Source: Ascoidea asiatica JCM 7603 (lineage: Eukaryota > Fungi > Ascomycota). From it: a DNA stretch of 24,767 nt. The position numbers were made by a program, and so were the translations under genes. The notes beneath the pieces are model-generated. The model searched no databases. It was given only the letters and a program-made list of their open reading frames with translations, and was not told the DNA's origin. Below, one piece after another: positions 1-10,646 of this stretch; the stretch's first letter is position 1, and every line of letters begins with the position of its first letter. Where the stretch lies: contig BCKQ01000021.1 in NCBI GenBank assembly GCA_001600695.1, forward strand, positions 140,818 to 165,584, given 5' to 3'.

Positions 1-101
1 TATAACTTTTATATATTATCTTTTTATATATAGTAATCATTATTATTATTAATTATCTTTTATAGAAATCTTATTTTATTAAAGGAACAGAATAGACAAA
101 A

Positions 102-1125
102 ATGGAAGCGAAGGCAATTGACTATGTTCATGGGTATAATCAAGCGTTTTCAGAGCTTATTCCTGGAGAACTTTTGAAAATGCTGCTCCTCATTTATTAT
201 CCTACTTAAATGACAATTTACAATTCTATATTACCAATTTTTCTCAATTTCAAGAAAAATCCTTGAAAATTTTAGGTGAGTTTTTTTGTTTTACTGCTTT
301 TTAATGAAATACCATCGAATCATTGAACAATTCGAGATATTAACTCACTTTTTCTTAAATAAATTAAAAGATTTTGGCTGTGGACCAGGATATTTAACTC
401 ATCATATTTTTGAGTATTTAATTTTGAATATATTAAGATTTAAGTTTTATTGTTGTGATATTAATGAAACAGGTTTACAAAAACTAAAAGAAAATTTCAA
501 ATTGTGGAATATTGATTTTAATAATATTGTTATTATTCGAGATGATATTGAAAATTTAACTTCAAAAGAATTAACTAATCCAAATTTAAAATTTGATATT
601 ATCCATTTACATCAAGTTTTACAACATCTAGAAAATCCAATTATTGCTTTGAAAAATATTAAAAATTTATCTTCAACAAATAATGGAATCATTTCTCTTA
701 GAGAATCTATTTTCAGTCAATTTTTTTGGTTACCGAAAGATTATAAACCTTTAAAAGAATGGTCTGAATTATATTATAAAATTAATAAATTATCAAATCG
801 AGAACCAGATGCAGGAATTTTACTTAAAAATTGGTTAAAAGAAGCAAATTTTAAAAATCTTGAGAATAATAAAAATTTTAAATTTACTTTAGGTAATTGG
901 TTTTATAATAATAAAGATGATATTAAATGGCTTGCAGAAACATGGTCTGAAAGAACAATAAGTGATCAATATATTAATAAAGTTAATCAATTCAATTCGA
1001 TTTTAAATATTGATAGAAATTTTTTAAATTATATTTCTAATTCTTGGTTAGATTGGATTAATAATGAAAATGCTTTATTTGCTATGATTCATGGTGAAGT
1101 TATTTATATCAATCAAAAAGAATAG
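102..1125 (+). CDS. Class I SAM-dependent methyltransferase (UbiE/COQ5-like fungal family); 2 exons (102-275, 371-1125); apparent 1-nt frameshift near 141-146
   Basis: Splicing GTGAGT(276)..TATTAAC(338-344)..AAG(370) joins KIL-D-FGCGPG (SAM motif I). Exon 2 has FDIIHLHQVLQHLENP and EPDAG. Exon 1 reads YVHGYNQ in the ATG frame and AYSWRTFENAAPHLL in another frame. The track's 286 start lies inside the intron. Confidence 0.85.
276..370 (+). other. Spliceosomal intron (95 nt)
   Basis: 5'ss GTGAGT, branch-like TATTAAC, 3'ss AAG; removal restores the ILDFGCGPG motif in frame. Confidence 0.85.
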
Positions 1126-1501
1126 AAAATGTTTTTTTTTTATATAAAAATGCGTTAATCTAAATTATAAAGAAATGAGAATACACAAAAATAAAATAAT
1201 ATAAAGTAAAATGAAAGAAATACAGAAATAAAGAATAAAGAATAAAGAATAAAAAAAAAAGTTTAATAAAATGAAATCTAAAAAGATTTATAATTAAGAA
1301 GTGAAAAATATGTAAAGTCAGATATATTTTATTCAAACCAAGAAACGTCATCATATTCTGAAATTTAAAAAAAAATATTATAAAATGCTATAAATTAATA
1401 TGAAATTTATGATATGAAATGAATTGATATATACAATATTAATTTGGAATACATTTTATTAGTGTATTTTTTTGATAATTTTGATATAATTTAATATAAT
1501 T

Positions 1502-3046
1502 TTAATACATATTTAATTCTTCTTCAGTCATTTCATATTTAATCCAGGTTGGTAAACAATTTTGATCATTTAAATTTTTATATTCACTAAAATCACCAGT
1601 TATACAACCTGAACATTGATCAAAATTTGGACAATTTAAATATGGAAAATGAAAATAACCAATATCTCTAAACCAATGAATTTTACTTTTATCTTCAAAT
1701 AAAGCTAAACCAATAGAATGAACAGGAGCATCACCCCATCTTTCATAATAAAATCCACCAGATTTATCTAAAAATTCAAACCAATCATTATATTCTTTTG
1801 ATCTAAAAAAATCCATATCTGCAATTTCAAAATTTGACCAAAAATGACAAGTTGAATAATCAGCAATATTTTTATTTCTTGGATTTTGTAAATCTTCTAA
1901 TTGCCAATTAAAAGCACCATTTGGATTAATATATTCAGGATGCAATTTTAAAAAATCAATGGTAGTATTCCATAAAGTATGTACAGATTGTGGAGCATCA
2001 TATAAATTTATTGTAAAACCATAAGTTTTTTTATTTAATTCCATAAATTTAAAAACATCATAATTAATTTTTGAAAAATATTTAGTACCAGGTTCAACTC
2101 TCCAATAATATTTAAAATTTTTTAAATGATCAATTTTATAAAATCCACCTGAATAAAATCTACACATATTATGATAAGATAATTTTTTAGCATATTGAAT
2201 ATTTTCATTAATTAAATAATTTATACCATCTTTTTCTTTTTGTTTATTAATAAAATTTGGTCTATTCCAAATTTCATTTGGAATTTTAATAAAATAACAT
2301 TTTGAATTTGTATGTTTTAAAATTTCATTTTTAAATTTTTCAGAAAAATCTCTATCATTTAAAAAAGTCCAAGGATAATTAAAATTTTTATTAAAATTTT
2401 CTTCAATTTGATCAATTGCAGATATTATACCTTTAATTTCAACATTTCTAACTAAAGATATAAAAGTTGCATTAGCTAATTGATATTTAAGATTTTTCTC
2501 AATTTGTTCTAAATTTAATGGTCTTACTAAATTTTTAACTTTTGGTTCATTAATTTTTTTTTGTATAAAAGTTTGATAAATATCAGTATTTTCTTTTAAA
2601 ATATCTTCTTGAGATGATTGAGAATATTTATCATGATCTTTAAAATTTCTGAAAAAATTTTCATTTAAAGATCCATCAGATAATAAAAATTCTTTATTAT
2701 TGTTAATGTTATTATTATTAGGTATTTTATTATCATTAATATTATTATAATTGACATTATTACTGTTTTCAGAAGAATCAATTTCTGTTAAATCATTTGT
2801 ATTTGAACCATAACTTGAAAAAGATTGTAAAGAAGATAAATTAAAACCTTTATTATAAATATTTTGAAAATCTTTTAATTTATTATCCACTATATCATCC
2901 ATATAATTATAATAATCATTATATTCATTTGGTAAATACAGTTTTAAAAGTAATCTTAAAATCAATAAGAAAATTGGAGTTAAAATAATTGAAAAAATTA
3001 TCAATCTTTTAATTCTTTTACTAAAAATTAATAATCTTAAATTCAT
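1502..3046 (-). CDS. Golgi alpha-1,2-mannosyltransferase, GT15 KRE2/MNT1/KTR family (KTR4-like)
   Basis: N-terminal TM anchor; motifs NATFISLVRN, FNYPWTFLND, SYHNMCRFYSG, YYWRVEP, CHFWSNFEI, GGFYYERWGDAPVHS. Confidence 0.93.
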   Translation of the reverse strand: MNLRLLIFSKRIKRLIIFSIILTPIFLLILRLLLKLYLPNEYNDYYNYMDDIVDNKLKDFQNIYNKGFNLSSLQSFSSYGSNTNDLTEIDSSENSNNVNYNNINDNKIPNNNNINNNKEFLLSDGSLNENFFRNFKDHDKYSQSSQEDILKENTDIYQTFIQKKINEPKVKNLVRPLNLEQIEKNLKYQLANATFISLVRNVEIKGIISAIDQIEENFNKNFNYPWTFLNDRDFSEKFKNEILKHTNSKCYFIKIPNEIWNRPNFINKQKEKDGINYLINENIQYAKKLSYHNMCRFYSGGFYKIDHLKNFKYYWRVEPGTKYFSKINYDVFKFMELNKKTYGFTINLYDAPQSVHTLWNTTIDFLKLHPEYINPNGAFNWQLEDLQNPRNKNIADYSTCHFWSNFEIADMDFFRSKEYNDWFEFLDKSGGFYYERWGDAPVHSIGLALFEDKSKIHWFRDIGYFHFPYLNCPNFDQCSGCITGDFSEYKNLNDQNCLPTWIKYEMTEEELNMY

Positions 3047-3405
3047 TTTTAATTAATATTCTTAATTGATAATTTTTTAATTGGAGTGATATAATAATTG
3101 TGATTAATATCATTTAAATTATTTAAAATATAAAAATTTCAAGTTATTCAACCTCAAATAATTTTCCTGAATTAGATTTTCTCTAATTTTTCCAAATAAT
3201 TCCAGTTGAATTTCACTTCTCAATTCCAGAGACAAGTGTGCTTATGATTATAAATACTGTATATTTCAGATATACTTTTTTTTTTTACTTTTGTTTATGC
3301 TTAATTATCAAGCCTCCACTGGTATTTTCTTTTGCAAGTAAAGTTTTTCACCACGGATCTGGGTCCAGAGACTGGCCACACCCGAGAAAAGTTGAACTGA
3401 ACCGG

Positions 3406-3895
3406 TGATTGTTAATCATTTTATTCTTTTATTGGAATTGTCTTCGAATATTCTAGGCAATTTTTAGACTTTCTAAGATTGCATAGATTGTTCTACGACT
3501 ACATTCTATTGCGTTCTTAGAACTTCCGTGTGCATGTTAAATGTACTAGAACGTTTTGGGTCTGCATTATTTATTCTTTCTTCGAAGTTCTGTGTGCATC
3601 TCGAATGTACTGGAATCTTCGTGTTTGTTCTTAGAATGACGTAGTGTCTTCTAGAGCAGTACTTTATTTTATTTCTTTTCTTACGTATGGTTAGTGAACT
3701 TTCACATACTAAATTTACAAATTTATTCATAAGATGGGTTACCCGCTCCTATTTTTCACCAATATAAATAGGGCACTTACCTCCCATATTTTTTATATAA
3801 TTTTTATATATTTTATATTTTAATTAACAATTGTTTATAATTTGAATTAGATATCTTCCTAGTAATAGTTAGATATTTCGTTTGAACTACAATCA
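3406..3895 (+). repeat. 5' LTR
   Basis: About 95% identical by eye to 9324-9814; TG..CA ends; TTACCCG 3739-3745; TATAAATA 3763-3770. Confidence 0.95.
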
Positions 3896-4380
3896 AATTA
3901 ATTAATAAATTTGAAATATTAACTCCTTATTAAAGATAAGTATTATTTTATTTTTCTATTGCTTTCTATCTTCCAAGGTAAGTCTGAGTACTTTAAGTCT
4001 TTTATTGTTATATTAACAAGAAAGAGATCTCGAAAAGTAATTAATTCTCTGACATCTAATTTCCTCCTATATTATTTTGGACACCTGTGGCCGTTATAAA
4101 ACATTCATCTTCGCCTTATGAGGTTTAGAGTTAATTAGAAAATAGTAGTGATTTAATCCAAATTGAGTTACCTCGTGGTTTGAAATCCTAGTCTTCCACT
4201 AATTGCAGGGTAAAAAATTAGAACCAATTTCATATTGTATGGAAGTGTTAGGACAATAAAAGAATCTACTAATTTCTTTTCTTTAATATTACTTTCTACT
4301 TCAAATTATTTATACCATTGAAACTTCAACTAATATTACTTTTTATTCGTTTTTTCATATCTATACTCTATCAAATTCAA

Positions 4381-4413
<33 letters not shown>

Positions 4414-4485
4414 CCAAAACCAAATAATTTTTTTATACACATAACTAAAAGCAACCAACACAATTTTAAATGAAAAAATATAATC

Positions 4486-7400
4486 ATGACTGAAACTGTT
4501 AAATCTTTATCCAAAAAATTTAATGACAACATTGCCTTAACTGAAGTTAGATTTAATAAAATGGATAAACAAATTACATCAGTTAGTGAATCAATCAACA
4601 AACTAAGATCTGATGTTAGTGAAAGATTTAAAAATCAAGATTCAAATACTCTTAAATTCAGTAAGCATTTTGATGATTTAAGATCTACTATTAGAAATCA
4701 AACATCGAATATAGATTTTATTAATGATATGCGTATATCCATTACCTCCTCTTTATCTAAAACTTCTACAATTAATGATCCTGTTGCTCAAATTAAACAA
4801 GAAGATGCTTCTCCTTGAGACACAACTAGTGTTACAGCTAATAAAAATGTTGCTGCTCATCCAAATGTCAATACTACTGATGATGCTGATAACACTAGAT
4901 TTTTCGAAGCTGAACACAAAATCAAAGAAGAAACTCTTAAATCACCAACTATACCAGCTGCTGCTCCAAAAGTTCAAAAGCTTGCACAAGGTTTTCAAGC
5001 ACCCAAACAAAATAACCAGAACATATTCACTGAAATGAATGAGGTTAATAACTGGAGATATGATCTCAATCAAATTAAATCTGATAAAATAAAGATTGAG
5101 TCTGCTGCTTGGGAGAATCCGAAGGTTGAAAGTGTTTTACTTTGGCCAGGTATGGCAATAAACAGAGATACTTCTGGTATTGGTATGGATGGTACTTCAA
5201 AACCACCAAAATTAAATCAAAATATAATTATTGAAGGCAGACAAGATAGAAAATTAATTCTAAAATTACAATCAATTGAAACTTACTTCAAAATGAATAG
5301 GTTAAGATATGATTTATGGGGTATAAATCTTTATAACTATATTCCAGAATCTATGAATTTAGAGTGGATTAATTTCATGAGAACCATTGCAAGAAATGGT
5401 TTAAAAAACCCTTCATGGCCTGCTGCCTGTGCTTTCATTCTCGGAGGTATAGACACAGATCAAAATTATAGAGCTTTAATTCAACAATTCAAAGAAATTA
5501 AACCCTCTGAAAATGAAAAAGTTGTTGATTATATTACAAGATTTAGAAATTCTTATGAAAGTCTTCCTTTAAATGCTGTTTCTAGTACTTTCATGAGATC
5601 AACAATTATTTCTCAAATTAAAAATGAATTTCCTCAACAAATTCAATGGGAAACAAAATTTCCATCCAAAACAACTACTGAATTCTTCAATAAATTACTG
5701 AACTTGTTCAGTTCAAGAGATGTTTTTACAGCAGTTTCAAATGAAATTATTATTGACAATGATATTTATAAGTTCAATAATCTTGAATCAATTATTGATT
5801 CAAACTCAAAGGAAAACTTGAATGCAATTCGTTCCACAACCAAAACTTGTGATTTCTGTAATCTCCCAGGACATTTCAGAAATACTTGTTTCTGGTATAG
5901 AAAATACAAAACAATTGCTGAAACCGAAGCTGCAAATAGAAAATCAAAAGGTAATTCCAATTCTAGATACAAAAACAAATATGACAAGAAGTCTAGTTAC
6001 AGAATTGCTGAAGAAGGAGTGGAGGAAGACCAATCTGAAAAGTCAGAGCTGGAACTGACCTCAGAATCCTTTTCTGACGATGAACATTTTAGATTAATTA
6101 ACACTAACAACAAAAAGTTTCCTAATAGATATTTCAATTCTTCTGTCAATGATAAAAAGATGAAAATTGTTTTCGATACTGGTGCTGAATCCAACTATGT
6201 TTTTGAATCATCCTTAAAAGGCTTGGAAATCAAAATGCTACAGCGTAAGCCTACAACAATGCATGGCTTTACAGGGACAATGATAGTCAAGAATGATGTC
6301 ATTTTACCACTATTCATTGAAAACTTTGGTTTAATTGACATTAAATGTGCTGTTTTGCCAGAAAGTTCAACAAAAGCTTTCGATATTACTAGTGGAAGTA
6401 GATTTCTCTACGACCATAAATTTTGAGCAAAAGATAGTGATAGATTTTCAATTATGCTTTTTAACCAAGATGAAAAGTGTATTTTGAGTCCAGAAAATGT
6501 TGATGAATTAGAAAAATTTTATGTCTCAACATCACAGTCAAGTGAGGAACAAGTGTTTGATGTTAAGAAACACTCTTACTTAAATGATTCAACTCCAAGA
6601 TTACCTCCAGAAAGACTGTTTAAACACACTATTGAAACAACTTCTGAAACACCAATTTATATTGGAAGTTACAACTATAGTCCTCTTCAACAAAAATTCA
6701 TTGATAAATTTGTTAAATCAAATCTAGAAGATGGATTAATTTCTGAAACTAAAAGTGGTTGGAACTTTCCATTAGTTCTTGTTCCAAAAGATGATAGAAC
6801 TTATAGAGTTTGCGTTGATTATAGGAAATTAAATGCTATTAGTGTTAGGCTTTATTTTTCTTTGCCATCTTTTGATTTTTGCCTAAATAAACTCAATGGT
6901 GCTAAATACTTCACTTGTTTGGATATGAAAAATGGCTTTTACCAAATTTCTTTAGATAATGATAGTAAAGCTAAAACTGCTTTTTCATCCAATTCAGGTC
7001 ATTATCAATTCAATGTCATGCCTTTTGGCTTAGTCAATGGTACTTATACCTTTCAATCATTTATGATGAAAATTTTAGGCCACCTACCTTATGTTATGGT
7101 TTATGTTGGTGATATAATTATTTACAGCCATAATAAAGCAGATCATATTGATCAAGTTAATGAGGTCCTTACTCAACTTGAAAAAGAAAAACTTCAATTA
7201 AATGTGAAGAACTCAAAATTATTTTGCAAAGAAGTTAAATTTTTAGGACATATTGTTTCCTCAGAACGAATCAAAACTGATCCTACAAAGATCGAGAAAA
7301 TCTTAAATTGGCCATTACCAAAATCAATTACTGATATAAGAGGTTTCATTAACTTATGCTCATATTACGGAAAATTTATCTCAAATTTTTCTCAACAAAT

Positions 7401-9260
7401 GATCCCACTTACAGATTTATTGGTTGGGTCTGCTAAACCAGGAACAAAAATTGAAGTAAAACCTTCTCTAATTGAATGCTTTACATCAATGAAAAAAACA
7501 TTAACTACTGCTCCTGTTTTAAAAGCATTTGATCCTGAGAGAGTTGCAATTTTAGAAACTGATGCTTCTGACTTTGCTTTAGGTTGTGTATTACTCCAAC
7601 CCTATAAAAATGAGAACACTGGAAAAATCCAATTATATCCTGTTGCTTTTGAATCAAGAAAATTTTCAAAACACAACAAAAGTATTCTGCTCAAGAGAGA
7701 GAACTTTTAGCTGTTGTTCATTCATTGATTCATTTTCAAAAATATATTGAAGGATGCAAAATTATTGTTAGAACCGATCATGAATCTCTTCAATATATTA
7801 GAACTAAATCAGATCCTGGAAAAAGAGTTAGGAAATTCATTGATATCATTGAACATTATGATCGTGATATTCAATATAAGCCTGGAAAACAAAATGTGGT
7901 TCCTGATTTACTATCAAGAAGGACTGATTTGTTTGATGAAAAAGCAAATGAGACATTAATGGAAATTGATGAACTTAATGAAACTGAAACTCAGTTCAAA
8001 ACCATCAAATCAATTAAGGATTTGTGTGAAGTCGATCTTATTAGAATTAAAGGATTTTTTCAAAATAAAGAAATTCCTAAAAATATGAGTTCTAAATTTA
8101 TCTTTGCTAACTTTATGTTCTATGATAATCAACAACATATTAGAATTAAAGATCGTTTAGCTATTGTTTTAAGTGAAGATAAGTTTAAGGAAGCCTCTGA
8201 AAAAGTTCATCTTTCAAATGCTAGCTGTTCCATTGGAAATCTAGAAAACATGGTAAATGAAAAATACTTTCATCCTGATAGTATTCTATTATTTCAAGAA
8301 GTTATTAGATTTTGTCGTCATTGTCAGCTTATGAAAAAGCCATCAGCTATTTCTAAGACATTAACTCCAATTCCCTCTGCAACAGCCTTCTCAAGATGGG
8401 GGATGGATTATATTGGTCCTTTTCAAAAAACTTCATCAGGAAATAAATTTTGTATCACTTCAATTGATTATGGTACAGATTATGCTTATGCTGTTGCAAC
8501 ACCAGATACTGGCTCGTTACATGTTTTAAATTTAATTCAAACTATTGTCACTAACCATGGTCAAATGAAAGAAATAATTATGGATAATGGTTCTGGTTTT
8601 GTTGCAAATAATGTTATTCAGAAATTAGATTCCTTAGGAATCAAATGTCGCAAAACCACTCCATATAACCCAGAGACTAATGGGAAATGTGAGAAGTTCA
8701 ATGGTTTATTCAAACAAATTTTATTTCATTTGAAAGATTCCTCAGAATGGGACCTCCTTATCAATGCTGCCTTAATTCAATACAGGTCAAGAAAGTCAAA
8801 ATATGGGTTTTCACGTTACCTTTTAGCTTTTGGTGTATATTCAGGTTCAAGCAATAATATGCAACCTTATGCAAGAGAACCTACAGATGCCGAGGATCAA
8901 GAACCTACTCAATTGTGAGTCTTACAAATTTGAAAGCTAAATTAAAAAAGAAAGGAATATTCTAAATTTAAATGGAACATTGCAAACACCAAAAAAAACC
9001 TTCAAAAAGACAAAGCAGTCATTAAAGTTTTTGAAGTAGGTGATTATGTTATAAGACAAAGAGTTAGTAAACACAAATTAGAACCATATGATGATGTTAC
9101 ACATATTGTGAAAAAGGTTTTTGATAATACTGTTAACAAACTTTTAACTTTACACGGTGCTGATATTAAAAATAAAGTAAATGGAAATAGATTATTTCCT
9201 GCTTTGACTGACGATAAGCATGCAATTAAAAAATTTTCAAACATTCTAAAAAATGACTAA
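4486..9260 (+). pseudogene. Disrupted gag-pol polyprotein
   Basis: CCHC knuckle CDFCNLPGHFRNTC (5848-5889); protease FDTGA (~6175); RT YRVCVDYRKLN and VMPFGL with catalytic motif degraded to YVGD (7102-7113); RNase H ETDASD; integrase WGMDYIGP/DNG/NGKCEKFN; GPY/F-like tail FEVGDYV..KLEPY. Stops at 4816, 6424, 8916, 8931, 8943; frameshift at ~7668-7671. Confidence 0.93.
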
Positions 9261-9323
9261 ATGGTGATAGATGAAGATTAACTAAAATTCCAAATGTTTT
9301 TGATTTGTAAACGTGGGGCTATT

Positions 9324-9814
9324 TGATTGTTAATTATTTTATTCTTTTATTGGAATTGTCTTCGAATATTCTAGGCAATTTTTAGACTTTCTAAGATTGC
9401 ATCGATTGTTCTACGACTACATTCTATTGCTTTCTTAGAACTTCCGTGTGCATGTTAAATGTACTAGAACGTTTTGGGTCTGCATTATTTATTCTTTCTT
9501 CGAAGTTCTGTGTGCATCTCGAATGTACTGGAATCTTCGTGTTTGTTCCTAGAATGACGTAGTGTCTTCTGGAACAATACATTATTTTATTTTTTTGTCT
9601 TAAGTATGGGAAGTGAACTTTCACATACTAAATTTACAAATTTATTCATAAGATGGGTTACCCGCTCCTATTTTCCACTAATATAAATAGGGCACTTACC
9701 TCTCATATTTTTTATATAATTTTTATATATTTTATATTTTAATTAACAATTGTTTATAATTTGAATTAGATATCTTCTTAGTAATAATTAGATATTTTGT
9801 TCGAACTAGAATCA
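9324..9814 (+). repeat. 3' LTR
   Basis: Direct repeat of 3406-3895; TTACCCG 9658-9664; TATAAATA 9682-9689. Confidence 0.95.
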
Positions 9815-10155
9815 CCGGCGGCGTTGAGGGGTGAGACCGCTCCAGTGGGTTTTCTCTGCCCACCAATAAACAAATATTTGTGAATCCACACTTTTCCAAA
9901 ACAGGACCGGTCACACGACCTCTGTTCAAGGTCTGTCCTGGTTTGACTTGTAATCGGGATATGGCTGGGTAAGCACCGTTGTCGGGATACAAAAGCACAG
10001 TGCACCCCAAAAACGAGGCGCGTCTTATTTTCCCAGACCCCTTTATTCCAGACCTCCGTTTCCAAGGGGTGCGGATTGCATCTCCAGGAACTAGAGCTCA
10101 AAGCCCTAACGTCCAAAATGCGATTTGAGACGACGTTCCATTATTATCGGGTGAA
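9815..10155 (+). promoter_or_regulatory. GC-rich FTH1 upstream region with Aft1/Aft2-like CACCC sites
   Basis: TGCACCC 10001-10007; GGGTGCG (reverse complement CGCACCC) 10067-10073; lies upstream of an iron permease. Confidence 0.55.
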
Positions 10156-10646
10156 GTTTGAGTAATTTACATAGTTGTACCTACTAAAACTAGATTTAAT
10201 CCCATTTGTCACTTGTTTTGTGCTTTTGATCAAAAAGATAATTCAAATTTTATCAGATTTAAAAATCCGATTAAACTTCACTAAAATGATTTCAATTGAA
10301 TTCCTATTGAAGTTTCTATTGGATTTCGGCTCTCTTTTCCTAAAGATTTTATCTCTTTCTTTCTTTCTTTCTTTCTTTCGTTCTTTCGTTCTAAAATATT
10401 TCATTAATCATTATTAAAAAGATAAAAAACTATTAAATAATAAATATCAACTGATAAATATGAATAGCTAATTCAATAATATAACTTCAAATTCAAATTT
10501 AAATTTAAATTTCAATATATATATATATATCTATATATATTTCTATAGATATATTTCTTTATGTCAATTTCATAAAAGAAATTTTACTATAAAATAAAAT
10601 AAAATAAAATAATTACCTATAAAATATAGCTAAATAAACATAAAAT

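Larger units (their letters stand above)
3406..9814 (+). mobile_element. Full-length, decayed Ty3/gypsy LTR retrotransposon
   Basis: Two ~490-bp LTRs with TGATT...AATCA termini; CCGG duplicated at 3402-3405 and 9815-9818; internal domain order gag-PR-RT-RH-IN. Confidence 0.96.

Noticed and set aside
3506-3730. ORFs within the LTRs (also 9424-9624)
   Set aside because: Short antisense ORFs duplicated only because the LTR is duplicated; start positions differ
6424-6426. TGA as programmed gag-pol readthrough
   Set aside because: It lies after the protease, not after gag, and is one of several similar stops in a copy with a dead RT motif
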